A DNA stretch of 64,000 bases from Aliihoeflea sp. (lineage in GTDB: Bacteria; Pseudomonadota; Alphaproteobacteria; Rhizobiales; Rhizobiaceae): assembly GCA_046297455.1 (NCBI GenBank), contig JBKBIT010000011.1, positions 33,913 through 97,912 of the forward strand. The letters run 5' to 3'. The notes under the pieces were generated by a model that worked only from the letters and a program-made list of their open reading frames with translations, did no database searches and was not told the DNA's origin. Shown here in pieces: positions 10,222 through 17,847 of this stretch. The position numbers and the translations under genes were made by a program. How positions within the stretch are numbered: the first letter of the stretch is position 1; each line of letters starts with the position of its first letter.

Positions 10222-11265
10222 ATGGCCCTTCGCGGAGCATTCGGCACCGTGGGCGCTGTGCTTGCGCTGGCTGCTGCCATCTGGCTGGTGGTATTGCCAT
10301 CGGACTCGCCTCAGATCTTCGCCACCGTGGCAATTATCTTGGCGGGTCTTGCGGCCTCGTGCTTCCTGCGCGGCGACGCGGCCACTTTTGCAGCCGCCAG
10401 CGTCCTGGGATGGTTCGCCGTCATGTTCGCCCAACCCTTTGCGCTCACCACACGCGAGATCAATGCCCTGCGGCGCGTGGCGAACCGCGGTGACGAGCAG
10501 GCCGAAGCGCTCCTCGCCTATTATGAGACCATGACACCCTACGCGCCCTATCTGATGGTTGCCCTGACCGTCATCATTCTGGGCATGTTCGCGTATGGCA
10601 TGGCACGTGGAAGACGGTCCGTTTTCCAGAACATGCTGGATGCCAGCAATGGCCTGGCGTCGTTCCTGACCCGCGTGGGTGTGACTGCCGCCGTAGTCCT
10701 GTTGTCCGCACTCATCTTTGCCATCATGTACGACGTCATCCAGCGCCAGTATTTGGGCTACAACCCGCAATGGACGCGAACCGACTGGTACCGGATGTTC
10801 AGCGCCACTCGGGTGCAGGAGATGGAGTGGCACCTGCATGCCGCCCTCTTCCTGCTGTGCCTCGGCTATGCCTACGTCAAGGACGCGCATGTCCGTATCG
10901 AGCTCGTCCGCGACACCTTGCGCCCGCGCACAAGGGTCTGGATCGAACTGGCGGGATGTCTGCTGTTCATGGTGCCGTACTGCTACGTGGTCATGCAGTA
11001 CGGGATCGAAAACGCCGTTCGGTCCTGGAACATCGGCGAAAGCTCCGCTGCCATGACCGGCCTTGATCATCGCTTCGTCATCAAAGGCATGCTCCCGCTC
11101 GGTTTTGCACTCATTGCGCTGGCCGGCATGTCGGTAGCGCTGAAATGCCTGGTCTATCTCTTCGGCCCGCCCGAGCTGAAGTCGCAATCGAATTACTACG
11201 CCTACAGCCACCAGAACCCGGCGCCCCCCGAAGAGGGACTGCCGCCGCAGGCGCAGGCAAGCTGA
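10222..11265 (+). CDS. TRAP transporter small permease (DctQ) with long N-terminal membrane extension
   Basis: C-terminal part has QEMEWHL..LFLL.LGYAY..DAHVRIE DctQ signature; 347 aa, about twice the usual length; lies between dctP and dctM. Confidence 0.85.
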   Translation: MALRGAFGTVGAVLALAAAIWLVVLPSDSPQIFATVAIILAGLAASCFLRGDAATFAAASVLGWFAVMFAQPFALTTREINALRRVANRGDEQAEALLAYYETMTPYAPYLMVALTVIILGMFAYGMARGRRSVFQNMLDASNGLASFLTRVGVTAAVVLLSALIFAIMYDVIQRQYLGYNPQWTRTDWYRMFSATRVQEMEWHLHAALFLLCLGYAYVKDAHVRIELVRDTLRPRTRVWIELAGCLLFMVPYCYVVMQYGIENAVRSWNIGESSAAMTGLDHRFVIKGMLPLGFALIALAGMSVALKCLVYLFGPPELKSQSNYYAYSHQNPAPPEEGLPPQAQAS

Positions 11266-11295
11266 CAGCGGGCGGGGACGAGGGACGAAGGACCG

Positions 11296-12681
11296 ATGGA
11301 ATTTCTTGTTACCTACATGCCGCTGGTCATGTTCGCCGTTTTGGCGGCGCTCCTTTTCACCGGCTACCCGGTCGCCTTCATCCTCGGCGGCATTGCACTG
11401 CTGTTTGCCGTATTGGGCGATCTTGCGGGCACTTTTCGCCTCGACCAACTAACGCTGATCCCCCTGCGCATCTATGGCGGGACCATGGAAAGCCTGGTCC
11501 TGGTCGCCATCCCCATGTTCACCTTCATGGGAACGATGCTGGAAAAGTCGGGTGCCGCGCGCGACCTGCTCTACGCACTCCAGGTCATGATGCGGCGCGT
11601 GCCCGGAGGGCTTGCCCTGTCGGTCACGCTGATGGGCACGATCATGGCTGCCACCACCGGCATTATCGGCGCCTCGGTGGTCATGATCACGTTGATGGCG
11701 CTGCCGGTGATGATGAAGGCGAACTACAATATCCCGCTTGCGACCGGCACCATCGCATCCTCCGGCACGCTGGGAATCCTTATTCCACCCTCCATCATGC
11801 TGGTCATCATGTCCGACCTGCTGTCGGTTCCGGTCGGCACCGTGTTCATTGCCGCGCTGATACCCGGTCTGCTCCTTGCGGCGCTGTATTTCGTCTACCT
11901 GCTGACACTGTGCGGCTTTCGCCCTGAACTCGCGCCCCCCATGGCGGACGATATCGGGCCTGCCACCAGAGGCGAGTTCTGGGCGATGGTGCTGCGCAGC
12001 TTCCTGCCGCCCATCTTCCTCATCACCATGGTCCTGGGTTCTATTTTCCTGGGCTTCGCGACACCGACCGAAGCTGCCGGCGTGGGGGCCTTCGGTTCGC
12101 TTCTGCTGGCCGCCTTCAACAGGCAGCTGACCTGGACCAATTTCGTCGATGTCTGCCGCCGCTCGGCCCTGACGGTGGCGATGCTGTTTGGCATCTTCGT
12201 CGGTGCAACCGCCTTCGCCTTCGTCTTCAAGTCGATCGGCGGCGAGGCACTGATCGTCGACTTCATCCGCGAAACCGGTGTCGGCCCGTGGTCGATCCTG
12301 TTCGTGTTGATGGCGATGATCTTCCTGCTGGGCTTCTTCTTCGACTGGATCGAGATCACGCTGATCGTCATGCCGATCTTCGCGCCCATCGTGTCGCTGT
12401 TGGATTTCGGTGGCCATGTCGGCATGTGGGACGGCATCAGCAACCCGATCATGATCTGGTTCCTGATCCTGGTCGCGGTCAATCTGCAGACCTCGTTCCT
12501 GACCCCACCCTTCGGCTTCGCCCTCTTCTACATGAAAGGCGTTGCCCCGCCCGAGGTGAAGATCCAGCAGATCTACCGTGGCATCATACCATTCGTCATG
12601 CTGCAGCTACTTGGCCTTGCCCTGTGCATCGCCTTCCCGGCCTTCGTGCTGTGGCTGCCCAGCCTGATCCTGGGCGGCTGA
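11296..12681 (+). CDS. TRAP transporter large permease (DctM)
   Basis: GYPVAF, AIPMFTFMG, SGTLGILIPPSI, ATPTEAA, QTSFLTPPFGF. Confidence 0.95.
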   Translation: MEFLVTYMPLVMFAVLAALLFTGYPVAFILGGIALLFAVLGDLAGTFRLDQLTLIPLRIYGGTMESLVLVAIPMFTFMGTMLEKSGAARDLLYALQVMMRRVPGGLALSVTLMGTIMAATTGIIGASVVMITLMALPVMMKANYNIPLATGTIASSGTLGILIPPSIMLVIMSDLLSVPVGTVFIAALIPGLLLAALYFVYLLTLCGFRPELAPPMADDIGPATRGEFWAMVLRSFLPPIFLITMVLGSIFLGFATPTEAAGVGAFGSLLLAAFNRQLTWTNFVDVCRRSALTVAMLFGIFVGATAFAFVFKSIGGEALIVDFIRETGVGPWSILFVLMAMIFLLGFFFDWIEITLIVMPIFAPIVSLLDFGGHVGMWDGISNPIMIWFLILVAVNLQTSFLTPPFGFALFYMKGVAPPEVKIQQIYRGIIPFVMLQLLGLALCIAFPAFVLWLPSLILGG

Positions 12682-13443
12682 TCAGCCGAGAAGGCCGAGC
12701 GCAGGAAAGGTCTCCAGCAGCCAGAATGCTGCCCATTCGATGCCGCCGGTCATGAACAATATGCCGGCAAGGACCAGCAATGCGCCCATCACCTTCTCGA
12801 CCACGCCGAGATGGACACGGAACCGCGACAGGAAGCGCATGAAGGCGCCCGAGAACATCGCCGCGATCAGGAACGGGATGCCGAGGCCAAGCGAATAGGC
12901 GCCGAGCAGCATGGCCCCCTCGCCCACTGTCTCGCGCCCGCCGGCAAGCGTCAGGATCGGCCCCAGAACCGGCCCGATGCAGGGCGTCCAGCCAAAGGCG
13001 AAGGCAAGTCCCATGACATAGGCTGCCGTCGCGCTGGCAGGCGAGCCGGATGCCTGGAAACGCGCCTCGCGCGACAGAAGCGGGATACGAATCACCCCGA
13101 GGAAGTTCAGCCCCATCAGGATGATGATCGCGCCGGCGACCAGCGCCAGTTCCTGCTGCCACATGCGCAGGAACCCGCCCACTGCCGAGGCGCCGGCGCC
13201 CAGCGCCACGAACACGGTGGTGAAGCCAAGCACGAAGGCGACGGAAGCGCTGATCAGCGCAAGTCGTGCCGGATTGGCCGCCACGGCAGCCCCCCCGGCC
13301 CCGCGCGGCTCGGCGCGAAAATCCTCCATCGACACACCCGCCATGTAGCACAGATAGGGCGGCACCAGCGGCAGCACGCAGGGCGACAGGAACGAGATCG
13401 CTCCCGCCATCACCGCGCTTGCATATCCGACGTCGAGTGCCAT
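12682..13443 (-). CDS. ccdA: Cytochrome c biogenesis protein CcdA
   Basis: SFLSPCVLPLVP and FGWTPCIGPVL redox Cys motifs. Confidence 0.92.
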   Translation of the reverse strand: MALDVGYASAVMAGAISFLSPCVLPLVPPYLCYMAGVSMEDFRAEPRGAGGAAVAANPARLALISASVAFVLGFTTVFVALGAGASAVGGFLRMWQQELALVAGAIIILMGLNFLGVIRIPLLSREARFQASGSPASATAAYVMGLAFAFGWTPCIGPVLGPILTLAGGRETVGEGAMLLGAYSLGLGIPFLIAAMFSGAFMRFLSRFRVHLGVVEKVMGALLVLAGILFMTGGIEWAAFWLLETFPALGLLG

Positions 13444-13578
13444 TTCCTGCCGCTCTCCTGTGTCCCGGTCACCAGCCGACCCGCATATAAAGGTCGTGCG
13501 ACCTCATGGCCAAATCACCAATGCGTGGCAAGGCGTCGCGGCGGCTCCGGGCAAGAGTGCACGACGCGCGATCTTTGG

Positions 13579-13607
13579 TTGACCGCGTGCCCCGCCCTGC
13601 ATATGTT
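13579..13607 (+). promoter_or_regulatory. Putative sigma70 promoter of tRNA-Lys
   Basis: TTGACC-N17-TATGTT, followed by a GC-rich discriminator, ~30 nt upstream of the tRNA. Confidence 0.55.
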
Positions 13608-13637
13608 CCGCCGCATCCACGGGGCCAGCCCCGCCGG

Positions 13638-13713
13638 GAGCGCGTAGCTCAGTTGGTAGAGCAACTGACTTTTAATCAGTAGGTCCAGGGTTCGAGCCCC
13701 TGCGCGCTCACCA
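13638..13713 (+). tRNA. tRNA-Lys (anticodon TTT)
   Basis: GAGCGCG/CGCGCTC acceptor stem, D loop AGTTGGTAGA, anticodon arm ACTGA-CTTTTAA-TCAGT, GGTTCGAGCCC T arm, encoded CCA; 76 nt. Confidence 0.97.
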
Positions 13714-13751
13714 CCGCAAACATCAGCCACATATCCCGGGGAACTGCCAGC

Positions 13752-14081
13752 CTATTGCTGCGGCGCGTCGGCTTCTTCTTCCTCCGGCACCACCGGTGCC
13801 TCGCCTGCCTGCGCCTCCAGTTCGGCGATCAGTGCATCGCGTTCGACGAGGTCGGCGCGCGCCGTCTCCAGTTCCTGAGCCAGTCGCTGGTTCTCCGCGG
13901 CCAGCGTCTCGGCCTCGGCGGCCATCGAGCCGGCGCGTTCATTGGCCTGTGCCATCTCGCTTTCCGCCGTCGACAGGCGCGCCTGCAGGTCGCCGACCTC
14001 GCCCTGCGCAACGAAATAGCCGATCGCCGCGCCCACCACGAGCGCGATCACGGCCGTGATCCAGGTTCTCCCGTCACCCAT
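13752..14081 (-). CDS. Hypothetical membrane-anchored coiled-coil protein
   Basis: N-terminal TM helix (WITAVIALVVGAAIGYFVA), then heptad A/E/L-rich region and acidic tail; AAGGAGG RBS. Confidence 0.75.
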   Translation of the reverse strand: MGDGRTWITAVIALVVGAAIGYFVAQGEVGDLQARLSTAESEMAQANERAGSMAAEAETLAAENQRLAQELETARADLVERDALIAELEAQAGEAPVVPEEEEADAPQQ

Positions 14082-14210
14082 GCCAGCCTCCTTCGCGTTG
14101 AGACCGACCGCAATCGTACCAATGGCACGCTGCGCTCGGTGTGTAGATCAAGATTGCAAGTATAGGTCGAAACTGCCCGGCCCGGCCAGCGGCCGGCTAC
14201 GGTGCGCCAC

Positions 14211-14678
14211 TCACTGCGACTGCGCGGCACTCGGCGGCGGCACGTCCGATTCGGCCTTGCAGTTCTTCAACCACACGTCATAGACGGCGTGTTCGACCGC
14301 GTTCAGCCCCGGGCTTTGCGCGAACATCCAGCCCGAGAAGATGCGCCTGATGGTGCGGTCGAGCGTGATCTCGTCGACCTCGACGAAGGAATCGGTGCGC
14401 GGCTCCTCGCCATCGGGCGTCGACAGGCAGACGCGCGGCGTCACCTGCAGCGCGCCGAACTGCACCGTCTCGTCGATATAGACGTCGAAGGTGATGATGC
14501 GGCCGGTGATCTTGTCCATGCCGGTGAACTCGGCCACCGGGTTCTCGATCCACTCCATCGGCTGCGCGGCGACCGGGGCGGCGATCCGCTCCACCGGCTG
14601 CGCGGCCGCCGGCAAGCCGGCGATCGTCAGAGCCGCCAGCGCAGCACCCGCCATTCCTGTCGCAAATCGCTGTCTCAT
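14211..14678 (-). CDS. DUF2155 domain protein
   Basis: GMDKITGRIITFDVYIDETVQFGALQVTPRVC...IFSGWMFA.SPGLNAVEHAVYDVWL..C; signal peptide; usual neighbour of NDUFA12. Confidence 0.9.
   Translation of the reverse strand: MRQRFATGMAGAALAALTIAGLPAAAQPVERIAAPVAAQPMEWIENPVAEFTGMDKITGRIITFDVYIDETVQFGALQVTPRVCLSTPDGEEPRTDSFVEVDEITLDRTIRRIFSGWMFAQSPGLNAVEHAVYDVWLKNCKAESDVPPPSAAQSQ
14535..14606 (-). repeat. Degenerate 2x36-nt in-frame tandem duplication inside the DUF2155 gene
   Basis: Encodes AAQPVERIAAPV / AAQPMEWIENPV. Confidence 0.75.
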
Positions 14679-14752
14679 TCGCCTGCCTCGCGGGGATCCT
14701 GCCCGATCCGGTAGACCCCAATTGTGGCAACAAGCGTCACCAGGCCGCCCGT

Positions 14753-15151
14753 TCAATTCCCGGGCGTCCAGGCATCGTAGTCGCCGGTCACGCGCGGCCG
14801 CTGTTCGGGCGTCAGCACCGAGCCGCGCGGGCGGTAGGCGCCGTCGGTCCCAGTCAGATTGGCCACATGCGGCTTTTCCCAATCGCGCGCGACATAGTCT
14901 TCAGCGCTCGGCGGCGTGTCGACCCGGTGATGCAGCCAGCCGTGCCAGCCCGGCGGCACGGTCGAGGCTTCCGAATAGCCGTTATAGATCACCCAGCGCC
15001 GCGTGCGGCCTTCCGAATCGGTGCCGCCCTCGTAATAGACATTGCCCCGCTCGTCCTCGCCCACGCGCTTGCCCTTGCGCCAGGTGTGGAAGCGCGTGTT
15101 GAGGTTCTGCCCGTTCCACCAGGTGAACATCTGGGCCAGCAGCGTCTTCAT
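14753..15151 (-). CDS. NADH:ubiquinone oxidoreductase accessory subunit NDUFA12 family
   Basis: FTWWNGQ, VGEDERGNVYYE, RRWVIY, VPPGWHGWLHH, WEKPH..NLTGT. Confidence 0.93.
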   Translation of the reverse strand: MKTLLAQMFTWWNGQNLNTRFHTWRKGKRVGEDERGNVYYEGGTDSEGRTRRWVIYNGYSEASTVPPGWHGWLHHRVDTPPSAEDYVARDWEKPHVANLTGTDGAYRPRGSVLTPEQRPRVTGDYDAWTPGN

Positions 15152-15270
15152 GGTCGTCCTTTCGGCACTTGCCATTTCTGGGCTCTTATGGCGACTGACC
15201 TTCGCCATTGCAAGGCCCGAAAAACGGGCAGAAGATCGCATCAGGCACGATCTTTCGAAAGGACGCGGAC

Positions 15271-15699
15271 ATGAAGCTGGCGGTCATTCTCGCGGGGGCG
15301 CTCGCGCTCGCCCTTCTCACCCCGCAGGCCCATGCGCAGCGCGTCGGCATCGCCGTCGTCGAGGCGCCCGAACAGTCGAGCGGCGTGTGCTTTGCCGACA
15401 ATCTCGACCGCGGCTTCGAATGCGCCCGCGCCCAGTGCGTGGAAGGCGGCGCCGATCTTGGCGATTGTCTGCGCGTCGCCTGGTGCTATCCGGCCAACTG
15501 GAGCGCCGATATCTTCATGCAGAACGAGGAAGGGTTTCACTGGCACGAATATCTGTGCGGCTGGGCCACCCGCGCGGCACTCGAAGCCGCCGCCCGCGTC
15601 AAATGCGAACAACAGGGCACCATGACGCTGATCGAATGCGAGATCGTGCGCCTGTGGGACGAAGGCAACGAGATCGGACTTTATCCGGGCGGGGAGTAG
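15271..15699 (+). CDS. Secreted cysteine-rich hypothetical protein
   Basis: Signal peptide ending AHA; 8 Cys in the mature part; AAAGGA RBS. Confidence 0.8.
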   Translation: MKLAVILAGALALALLTPQAHAQRVGIAVVEAPEQSSGVCFADNLDRGFECARAQCVEGGADLGDCLRVAWCYPANWSADIFMQNEEGFHWHEYLCGWATRAALEAAARVKCEQQGTMTLIECEIVRLWDEGNEIGLYPGGE

Positions 15700-15701
15700 A
15701 G

Positions 15702-15727
15702 GGCTGCTTGCGACCCCATCTCCGTCG
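15702..15727 (+). repeat. Degenerate repeat, left boundary of csbD/cupin islet
   Basis: GGCTGCTTGCGACCCCATCTCCGTCG resembles GTCCGCAACCCACCCATCTCCGCC at 16885-16908. Confidence 0.5.
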
Positions 15728-15830
15728 TTCCCAGGTCGCTTACGGCTTCCTAAAAGCTGCCGCTCGTGGCGCGCACAACCAGAACACCACCGATCGAACT
15801 CGACCTATCCAAGAATTCCGCCGACGGCTG

Positions 15831-15844
15831 TTGACCCAGGTCAA
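15831..15844. promoter_or_regulatory. FNR/FixK-like palindrome upstream of csbD
   Basis: TTGAC-CCAG-GTCAA fits TTGA-N6-TCAA; 100 nt upstream of the csbD ATG. Confidence 0.5.
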
Positions 15845-15943
15845 TGACATCACTGCCGGCCACGACATGATGTCATTGCCAGAACGTGGCATGGCAGGCT
15901 GTCAGTGACGGTTCGGATCTTGGTCCACGAAGGAGCGGACGCT

Positions 15944-16159
15944 ATGGGAAGCACCAGCGACAAGGCTGCAGGGCTCGCAAATCAGGCAGCTGGAAATGTC
16001 AAACAGGCGGTCGGCAAAGCCGTCGGCAATGAGCGGCTACAAGCTGAAGGGACGCTACAGAAAGCCAAGGGCAAGGTTCAGAAGTCTGTTGGCGATGTGA
16101 AGGCGGCCACAAAAAGCGCCACCAACAAGGCGGCGGCCGCGATCAACAAGAAGCTCTGA
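15944..16159 (+). CDS. CsbD family general stress protein
   Basis: [36 protein letters not shown]; AAGGAG RBS. Confidence 0.92.
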   Translation: MGSTSDKAAGLANQAAGNVKQAVGKAVGNERLQAEGTLQKAKGKVQKSVGDVKAATKSATNKAAAAINKKL

Positions 16160-16325
16160 TCTTCTCTGTGGTGTCGCCGCCTCGGCAGGATCATCTACGC
16201 GTTGTGAAGCGCAGTTCCCGCCAGTTGCGGGTCGAAGCGGCTGCCGGTTGGAAAACGGAGCGCCGGGGTCCGCCGCTTAGCTCCTGCACAATGGTTCCGC
16301 CGCCGAGACATGATCGCAGCAATGC

Positions 16326-16800
16326 TTATTCGTCCGGCAGTTCACCGATGAGTTCGATCCCGAAGTCCTGAGCCGTCGCCATGACTTTGTCCCAGTCAAC
16401 GTCGTGGGTGGCGGGCAGCCCGCTCGCGTCCGCGGGAAGTGAAATGGCACGGTAGAATTCGCCGTGATGGGCCGTAGTGAAGATAAGGTAGCGCGCGGTC
16501 TCAGACGTGATCCGGAACCCATGAATGGCCCCAGCAGGCACATGCAGAAATGAGCCTGGGCCGCTGCGGATTCCAGGCTGCCATCAATATGGAAGGTGAT
16601 CTCCCCCTCCAGCACATAGGAGGATTCGACTTCCTTCTCGTGTCGGTGCAAAGGGACGGCCTCTCCAAGCTTCGCTGTCTCTTCTACCAGGCAAAACTCA
16701 CCGTTGGTGGTTTTGCCGGTGCCCAGGAAATGGGTGCAGGTCTCGCCCATCCAGCGCACTTCGCTCGCGACGGCGCTGGAGAGGTAAACACCTGACGTAT
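16326..16800 (-). pseudogene. Cupin (quercetin-2,3-dioxygenase-like) protein, frameshifted
   Basis: One frame gives VRWMGE...PLHRHEKEVESSYVLEGEITF (cupin motif 1); a shift near 16580 continues PGIRSGPGSFLHVPAGAIHGF (motif 2) to TAA at 16326; no clear start codon. Confidence 0.75.
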
Positions 16801-16823
16801 AGAGCCGGAAAGGGCTCGTTGCC

Positions 16824-16908
16824 GACGGAGTTGGTTGGGCTGGTGAACGGCAGCCTTCGCGGCGTGGCCACCCGAAACCTGCCTGTCCGCAACCCACCCA
16901 TCTCCGCC
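16824..16908. repeat. Imperfect ~85-nt palindrome at right boundary of islet
   Basis: GACGGAGTTGGTTGGGC (16824-16840) is complementary to ACCCACCCATCTCCGCC (16892-16908) at 13 of 17 positions. Confidence 0.5.
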
Positions 16909-16928
16909 AGTCTCCGCCCCGCCGCCCC

Positions 16929-17429
16929 TCACTCTGCCCACAGAATCGGCCGCTCGAAAATCGCCGCCGGGATGCCAGACCCCGCCTTCCCGCAATCTGC
17001 CGTATTGCCCACCTTGGCAAAGCCCTGATGCAGGTAGAAGGCGACCGCCTTTTCGTTCGCCTCCTCCACTTCGAGCCGCACCTTGTCGGCATCGGGAAAG
17101 CAGCTTTCGATCTCGTCGAGCAGCATCGCCCCGATCCCCTGCCCCTGCAGGCCCGGGCGCACATAGAGCTGGTGCAGCATCACGGTCTTGGTTTCGGGAT
17201 CGGCGGTGGCGAACGCCATGCCGCCGATCGTCTTGCCGTCGTCGGCAACGAGGAATTCCGCCTGCGGGCGCTGCAACCGCGCCTTGAGCGAAGCGATCGA
17301 ATGCCAGTCGGCGGTGATCTCGTTCACCCGCTCGACACCGTAGATCGTGTCATAGGTGTCGTGCCATGTGGCGACCAGAAGGTCGCGCACGGCCTCGATA
17401 TCGCGGTCGGATGCGGTGCGGACGAACAT
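16929..17429 (-). CDS. GNAT family N-acetyltransferase
   Basis: LYVRPGLQGQGIG acetyl-CoA motif, NEKAVAFY..QGF; AAGGAG RBS. Confidence 0.92.
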   Translation of the reverse strand: MFVRTASDRDIEAVRDLLVATWHDTYDTIYGVERVNEITADWHSIASLKARLQRPQAEFLVADDGKTIGGMAFATADPETKTVMLHQLYVRPGLQGQGIGAMLLDEIESCFPDADKVRLEVEEANEKAVAFYLHQGFAKVGNTADCGKAGSGIPAAIFERPILWAE

Positions 17430-17478
17430 TTGGCGCTCCTTCAAAAGAGGCGCAATTCACCCGCCGGTCGGCTCCAGG

Positions 17479-17613
17479 TCAAGCGATTGTCGAGATGGAG
17501 GTCATCGCCGAGACGGAGCCGATCGACCCGCCGCCCAGCAGCCACAATGCCGCGAAGAAGAAGCCGGCAAAGACCAGCAAGGCGATCTCGAACTCAAAAT
17601 TTCTGCGGCTCAT
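17479..17613 (-). CDS. Small 44-aa single-pass membrane protein (not in ORF track)
   Basis: MSRRNFEFEIALLVFAGFFFAALWLLGGGSIGSVSAMTSISTIA*; GGGGA RBS; fills an otherwise empty gap. Confidence 0.6.
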   Translation of the reverse strand: MSRRNFEFEIALLVFAGFFFAALWLLGGGSIGSVSAMTSISTIA

Positions 17614-17739
17614 GTCCGTCCCCACGGTGCGACCCTCTCGATAGGGCGCAGAGTTAGGGGCCGGACGGGACGGATTTTCGGCGCGATCTGGGCCTTTCCG
17701 TGGCTTTTCGGTTAACGCGGGCCGGCGCCAGAGCCTGAA

Positions 17740-17847
17740 CTAAAGCATGTCGCCCGAAAGTGGGAACCGGTTTCGGGACAACGACATGCGACAAAAAAAG
17801 GGGCTAAAGCGTCGAGAGCGAATCTGAAAGATCGCGACACGCTTTAG
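17740..17847. repeat. RIME1/BruRS-like palindromic intergenic element (108 bp, MITE-like)
   Basis: Terminal IR CTAAAGC...GCTTTAG; two hairpins (GCATGTCG-CCCGAAA...TTTCGGG-ACAA-CGACATGC and CTAAAGCGT...ACGCTTTAG) separated by an A-rich spacer; overlaps the hdaA stop. Confidence 0.85.

Noticed and set aside
13638-13760. tRNA-Lys as an island attachment site; an 11-nt match to its 3' end (GCGCTCACCAC) at ~10441
   Set aside because: The match is short and inside the dctQ coding sequence, there is no integrase, and the downstream genes are mostly core.
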